DNA of 64,000 nt, taken from an uncultured Chloroflexia bacterium. Lineage in GTDB: Bacteria > Chloroflexota > Limnocylindria > Limnocylindrales > CSP1-4. Below are positions 59,927-64,000 of the stretch, in pieces. The stretch's first letter is position 1. Each line of letters begins with the position of its first letter. The stretch lies in the NCBI GenBank assembly GCA_963748625.1, contig CAVVJT010000007.1, positions 1-64,000 of the forward strand, given 5' to 3'. The notes beneath the pieces are model-generated. The model was not told the origin of the DNA and made no database searches. It was given only the letters and a program-made list of their open reading frames with translations. A program made the position numbers and the translations under genes.

Positions 59927-61169
59927 TCAGGCCCGGCCCTTCACCATGTCGATCAGGCGGCCCACGACCCGCTCGCCATCGGCGCGCAGCCCGTTGTGGG
60001 CGTACTCGTTGGTGATCCAGGGCTGCAGCCCGCGGACCAGCGAGCGCCGTCTCCTCGGCGAAGGCCCGCTCCACGTACACGTCGTCCACGTAGATCGTGG
60101 CCGCCACCGGGACCTCGTTGCGGGCGAGCCGCTCCGCGTCGAAGAGGCGCGGCCACGGATGCTCGGCGAGCAGGTGGGCGGCCTCGCGATGCGGCCGCAG
60201 GCCCCCGAAGTCCTCCCACATCGACGGGAACACGTGCTCCGCCACGAACAGGTCGCCGTCCACCAGCTCGTCTGGGAGGAGGCGGGCGGCGGACCACCTG
60301 GTGGGAACGCCGTCCGCGTACGAGGACTCGTGCAGGGTCGCGTAGATCGGGTTGCGCTCCCAGCCCGAACCGCGCTCCACGTCGAACAGGAACGCGTTCG
60401 ACCCGAACGGCAGCTCCAGCACGTGGTGCAGGTGCTCGAACCCGGCGGAGTCGCCCAGCCACATGCCCAGGCCCCGGAACCGCGTCTCCGTCAGGCGGTC
60501 GCCGCCGGGCAGCCGGACGTCCTCGTCGCGGAGCCGCCGGAAGATCTCCCGGACCCGCGCCCGGTCGTCCGGGTAGCGGGCGAAGTAGCGCCGGTTCGCC
60601 TCGATGACCCGCACGTAGGTTGCGGCGTAGATGTCGTCCACCGGCCGCCCCACCGGGGAGAGTCCCCCGGTGATCAGCGCCGCCGCCAGCCCCTCGGGCG
60701 CGAACGAGAGGTACGTCAGCGACGTGAACCCGCCGAACGACTGGCCCAGCACCGTCCACGGTCCCGACCCCAGCTCCGCGCGGATCGCCTCGCAGTCGCG
60801 CACGATGGCATCGGCCCGGAACAGGGCCAGGTATGCCGCCTGATCGGCTGCGGTCGCGCCGGGGATGGAGGCGCCCACCGGCGTCGACCTGCCCGTCCCG
60901 CGCTGGTCCAGGAGCAGCACCCGGTACTCGGCGAGGGCCCGCTTCATCCAGCCCGACGGCGGGGAGGTTGGGCGCGTCGCCTCGAACCCCGGGCCGCCCT
61001 GGAGGAAGACGAGGTATGGCCGGTCGAGCCCGTCGGGAGCCGCCACCTCACGGGTGAAGACCGTGATGGTGGCGCCGTCGGGGGCGGCGTAGTCCAGGGG
61101 GACGGTGTGCTCGCGCTCGGTGAGGACGGCACCGGGCACCCGGTACGTGACGGCTGCAGACGTGGACAC
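59927..61169 (-). CDS. Proline iminopeptidase (alpha/beta hydrolase, S33), frameshift near 60045
   Basis: FLQGGPG, DQRGTGRS, GQSFGG, DDVYV; NEYAHNGLR in the shifted frame. Confidence 0.9.
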
Positions 61170-61182
61170 GGAACGGAACCTC

Positions 61183-62166
61183 CTACCAGCGCTGGTGGAC
61201 GAGCGGCTTGATGCGGCCTTCATACAGCTCCCACACCCGCTCCAGCGTCGCCGGGGGAAGCGGTGCCAGCGAGGCGGCGGCGGCGTTCGCGCGCGCCTGC
61301 TCGGGGGACTTGGCGCCGGGGATCGCCGTCGTCACCCCCTCGTGCATGAGGATCCAGCGCAGGGCCATCTGCGCCATCGTGGCGCCCTCGGGCACCAGCG
61401 CCCGCAGCTCCTCGACGACCTCCAGGCCCGTCTCGAAGTCCACGCCCGCGAACGTCTCACCGCGGTCGAAGGCGGCGCCGTCGCGGTTGTAGAGCCGGTG
61501 GTCGGACGAGGCGAACGACGTGCCCGACGACATCTTCCCGGTCAGCAGCCCCGACGCCAGCGGCACCCGGGCCAGCACGCCGACGTCGCGCCGCAGCGCC
61601 TCCGCGAGGAAGTGGTCCGCCGGCCGCTGGCGGAACATGTTGAAGATGATCTGGACCGAGGCGACACCCGGGAACTCGATCGCCTTGAGCGCCTCCTCCA
61701 CCTTCTCGACGGAGACCCCGTACGCGGCGATCACGCGGGCTGCGACCAGGTCGTCGAGCGCCGCGAAGATCTCGGGCATGTAGTAGGTCTGCGTGGGCGG
61801 GCAGTGGAGCTGGACGAGGTCGATGGTCTCCACGCCCAGGTTCTCCCGCGAGCGGTCGAGCCAGGCGCGGAACTGCTCCGGCGTGTACAGCGATGGATCC
61901 AGGGGCGCCCGGCGGATCATCTTGGTGGCCACGAAGAACGACTCGCCGGCGCGCTCGCGCAGGAACCGCCCGATCACCCGCTCCGAGCGCCCGTCGCCGT
62001 AGACATCGGCCGTATCGATGAGCGTCACCCCGGCGTCGGCGGCGGCATGCAGGGCCGCCAGGCTCGCGTCGTCGTCGACATCGCCCCAGTCGGCCCCGAT
62101 CGCCCATGCGCCAAAGCCGATGACGCTGACGTCGCGCCCGGTCTTGCCGAGCCTGCGGTACTCCAT
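61183..62166 (-). CDS. Aldo/keto reductase
   Basis: IDTADVYGDGRSE, IDLVQLH, PLASGLL, IPGAK. Confidence 0.93.
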   Translation of the reverse strand: MEYRRLGKTGRDVSVIGFGAWAIGADWGDVDDDASLAALHAAADAGVTLIDTADVYGDGRSERVIGRFLRERAGESFFVATKMIRRAPLDPSLYTPEQFRAWLDRSRENLGVETIDLVQLHCPPTQTYYMPEIFAALDDLVAARVIAAYGVSVEKVEEALKAIEFPGVASVQIIFNMFRQRPADHFLAEALRRDVGVLARVPLASGLLTGKMSSGTSFASSDHRLYNRDGAAFDRGETFAGVDFETGLEVVEELRALVPEGATMAQMALRWILMHEGVTTAIPGAKSPEQARANAAAASLAPLPPATLERVWELYEGRIKPLVHQRW

Positions 62167-62304
62167 GGGAACCTCCTCGTGTGTCAGGCTCCAGCCTACG
62201 CTGCGCTGATGTGACGAAGGGCCCTATCCCGACCGGCACCGGGGCAGGGACCATGCGCCCTTCACGCGCGACCGCGTCCCAGCGTGCACAGGAGGATCAC
62301 CCGG

Positions 62305-63435
62305 GTGGCTGACCTGACGACGGAGTTCACCGGCATCGCCTTCGAGAACCCGTTCCTGCTCGCCTCCGCCCCGCCCACCGAGTCGGAGGGCAACATCCAG
62401 CGGGCCTTCGAGGCCGGCTGGGGCGGGGTGGTCACCAAGACCATCGGGCTCCACCCGGTGGTCAACGTGCCCGGCCCCAAGACCAAGTTCCTCCGGCTCG
62501 ACAACGACAGCGCGCGCCTCTCGATGAGCAAGCGGCCGGACTCCACCCTGATGGCGTCCTGGAACTGGGAGCTCATCAGCGACAAGCCGATGGACTGGTG
62601 GCTGCCCAAGCTGCGGGCCATCAAGGCCAACTGGCCGAATCGCGTCCTCGTGGCCTCGATCATGGCGGGCTCCGGGAACGACCGGGAGCTCCACGCCTGG
62701 CAGACGCTGGTCGAAGGCGTGCAGGACGCGGGCGCCGATGCGATCGAGCTCAACTTCTCCTGCCCGCACATGGACCGCGTTGACATGGGCGCCAACGTGG
62801 GCAAGGACGCGGTGCTGTGCTCCGTCTCCACCCAGGCCGTGAAGGCCGTCGCCAAGGTGCCCGTGTGGGTCAAGCTCACGCCGGCCACGGCAGACATCGT
62901 GGAGGAGGCGCGCGCCACCTTCCTCGGCGGCGCCGACGCGATCGTGTCGTCCAACACCTGGCCCAGCGTGCCCACCGTGGACCCGCTCACCGGCGAGTTC
63001 GAGGTGAACGTGGACGGCATGGTGTCCGCGGGCGGCATGGGCGGCCCCGCGATCCTGCCGCTGTCGCTGGCGAAGATGGCGCAGATGGCGCAGGCGTTCC
63101 CCGACAACGCCTTCAGCGGGATCGGCGGCATCAGCACCTTCGCCGACGCGCTCAACTACTTCATGCTGGGCTGCGGGACGGTCCAGGTGGCCACCGCGGC
63201 GATGCTCGACCACGCCATTGGGCCCAACGTCATCCGCAACCTCAACGACGGGCTCGCCGCGTTCCTGGACCACAATGCGGGGCGCGGCTGGAACCGCCTG
63301 GAGGACTTCCGCGGGTACAACCGCAACCGGGTCGTCGCGCAGGGCGAGATCCGCCGGCCGGACGGCGCGGGCTACACGGGCGGCTACGAGGAGGACGCCG
63401 GCGAGGGCTACAGCCGCGGCGTCGTGCCCGGCTGA
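62305..63435 (+). CDS. preA: Dihydropyrimidine dehydrogenase FMN subunit (no C-terminal ferredoxin domain)
   Basis: NPFLLASAPPT, WNWELISD, ELNFSCPH, KLTP, SGIGGI, VQVAT. Confidence 0.88.
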   Translation: MADLTTEFTGIAFENPFLLASAPPTESEGNIQRAFEAGWGGVVTKTIGLHPVVNVPGPKTKFLRLDNDSARLSMSKRPDSTLMASWNWELISDKPMDWWLPKLRAIKANWPNRVLVASIMAGSGNDRELHAWQTLVEGVQDAGADAIELNFSCPHMDRVDMGANVGKDAVLCSVSTQAVKAVAKVPVWVKLTPATADIVEEARATFLGGADAIVSSNTWPSVPTVDPLTGEFEVNVDGMVSAGGMGGPAILPLSLAKMAQMAQAFPDNAFSGIGGISTFADALNYFMLGCGTVQVATAAMLDHAIGPNVIRNLNDGLAAFLDHNAGRGWNRLEDFRGYNRNRVVAQGEIRRPDGAGYTGGYEEDAGEGYSRGVVPG

Positions 63436-63722
63436 CCTCGGAACGGCGGGCACCTGACCCTGTGAGCGGGGCGACTGGGGTGTCCGACGGCCCGATTTCG
63501 CTGGGCCATTGGACTCTCCGTGACCGTGGCGCCGCGCAGGCAACGTCTCGGCAGGGTTGGAAGCCCACGAAACCACCCGGCAGACGACTGCGCGGATGTT
63601 CACAATGTCGCGCAACGTCTCCCGGACACCCGAGGCGCATGGAGGGGCGCAGGGTGGAAGGGGGCGCAATCGTGGCCATAGGCCGGTGAAGGAACCGGCC
63701 GCAGCGGACCTGGAGGGAGCGC

Positions 63723-64000
63723 ATGGCAATGGCCCTGGAGCAGACCGTCCTACCGGATGGACGGGTCGAGCTCGCACCCGAGGTTGACGCAGGTCTCGGG
63801 ACGTCCGGCCTTCACAACGAGGACCTGGCCCCGGTCCCCATTGCGAAGCGCACCTGGACGACCTACAACTACCTGGCCCTGTGGGTCGGCATGGCGATCA
63901 ACGTGCCGACGCTGGGCGCTGGCCTCGGGCCTGATCGGCCCTCGGCATGGCCTGGTACCAGGCGATCTTCACGATCTTCTTGGGCAACCTGATCGTCCTG
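63723..64000 (+). CDS. NCS1 nucleobase:cation symporter, partial, frameshifted
   Basis: NEDLAPVP..RTWTTYNYLALWVGMAINVPT; follows preA. Confidence 0.85.

Noticed and set aside
1660-64000. Frameshifts in pgi, putA, DUF1847, DUF262, SNF2, HNH, metK-like, SHOCT, channel, nrfD, peptidase and NCS1 genes as pseudogenes or programmed frameshifts
   Set aside because: They affect housekeeping genes on both sides of the junction and look like isolated indels in otherwise intact sequence, which is typical of long-read error.

Overview
The window joins two unrelated DNAs at about 7093. Bases 1-7093 are moderate-GC (roughly 50%, estimated by eye) housekeeping sequence: pgi, gnd, pgl, putA and a DUF1847 gene. 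Bases 7094-64000 are very high-GC (roughly 70-75%) sequence from another bacterium, possibly Chloroflexota- or Actinobacteria-like (inference). Both genes at the junction are truncated and many genes carry single-base frameshifts, so this is probably an error-prone, chimeric long-read contig. The region 7.1-29.6 kb is a nuclease/defence-type island: DUF262, GIY-YIG, PD-(D/E)XK nuclease, vapBC, SNF2 helicase, DEDD-like exonuclease, HNH nuclease and thermonuclease. It also holds the best candidate for an undescribed system: an HDAC-family deacetylase followed by a tightly coupled operon of MoxR AAA+, a micro-ORF, an unknown protein, a HExxH-vWA protein and a divergent SAM synthetase. Eight genes or operons of the island share a 34-bp upstream motif (GTGCCA-N6/7-TGWCAC-N10/9-[-10]) with the geometry of a WYL/PafBC-type promoter. 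The rest is mostly metabolic: panB, PLP enzymes, nrtR-pnuC-nadR plus an ADP-ribosylglycohydrolase-phosphatase fusion, mtnA, a multiheme cytochrome/NrfCD module, preA and an NCS1 permease. Two dispersed repeat families occur (113 bp x5, 128 bp x3). No rRNA, tRNA, CRISPR array, transposase or integrase was seen.
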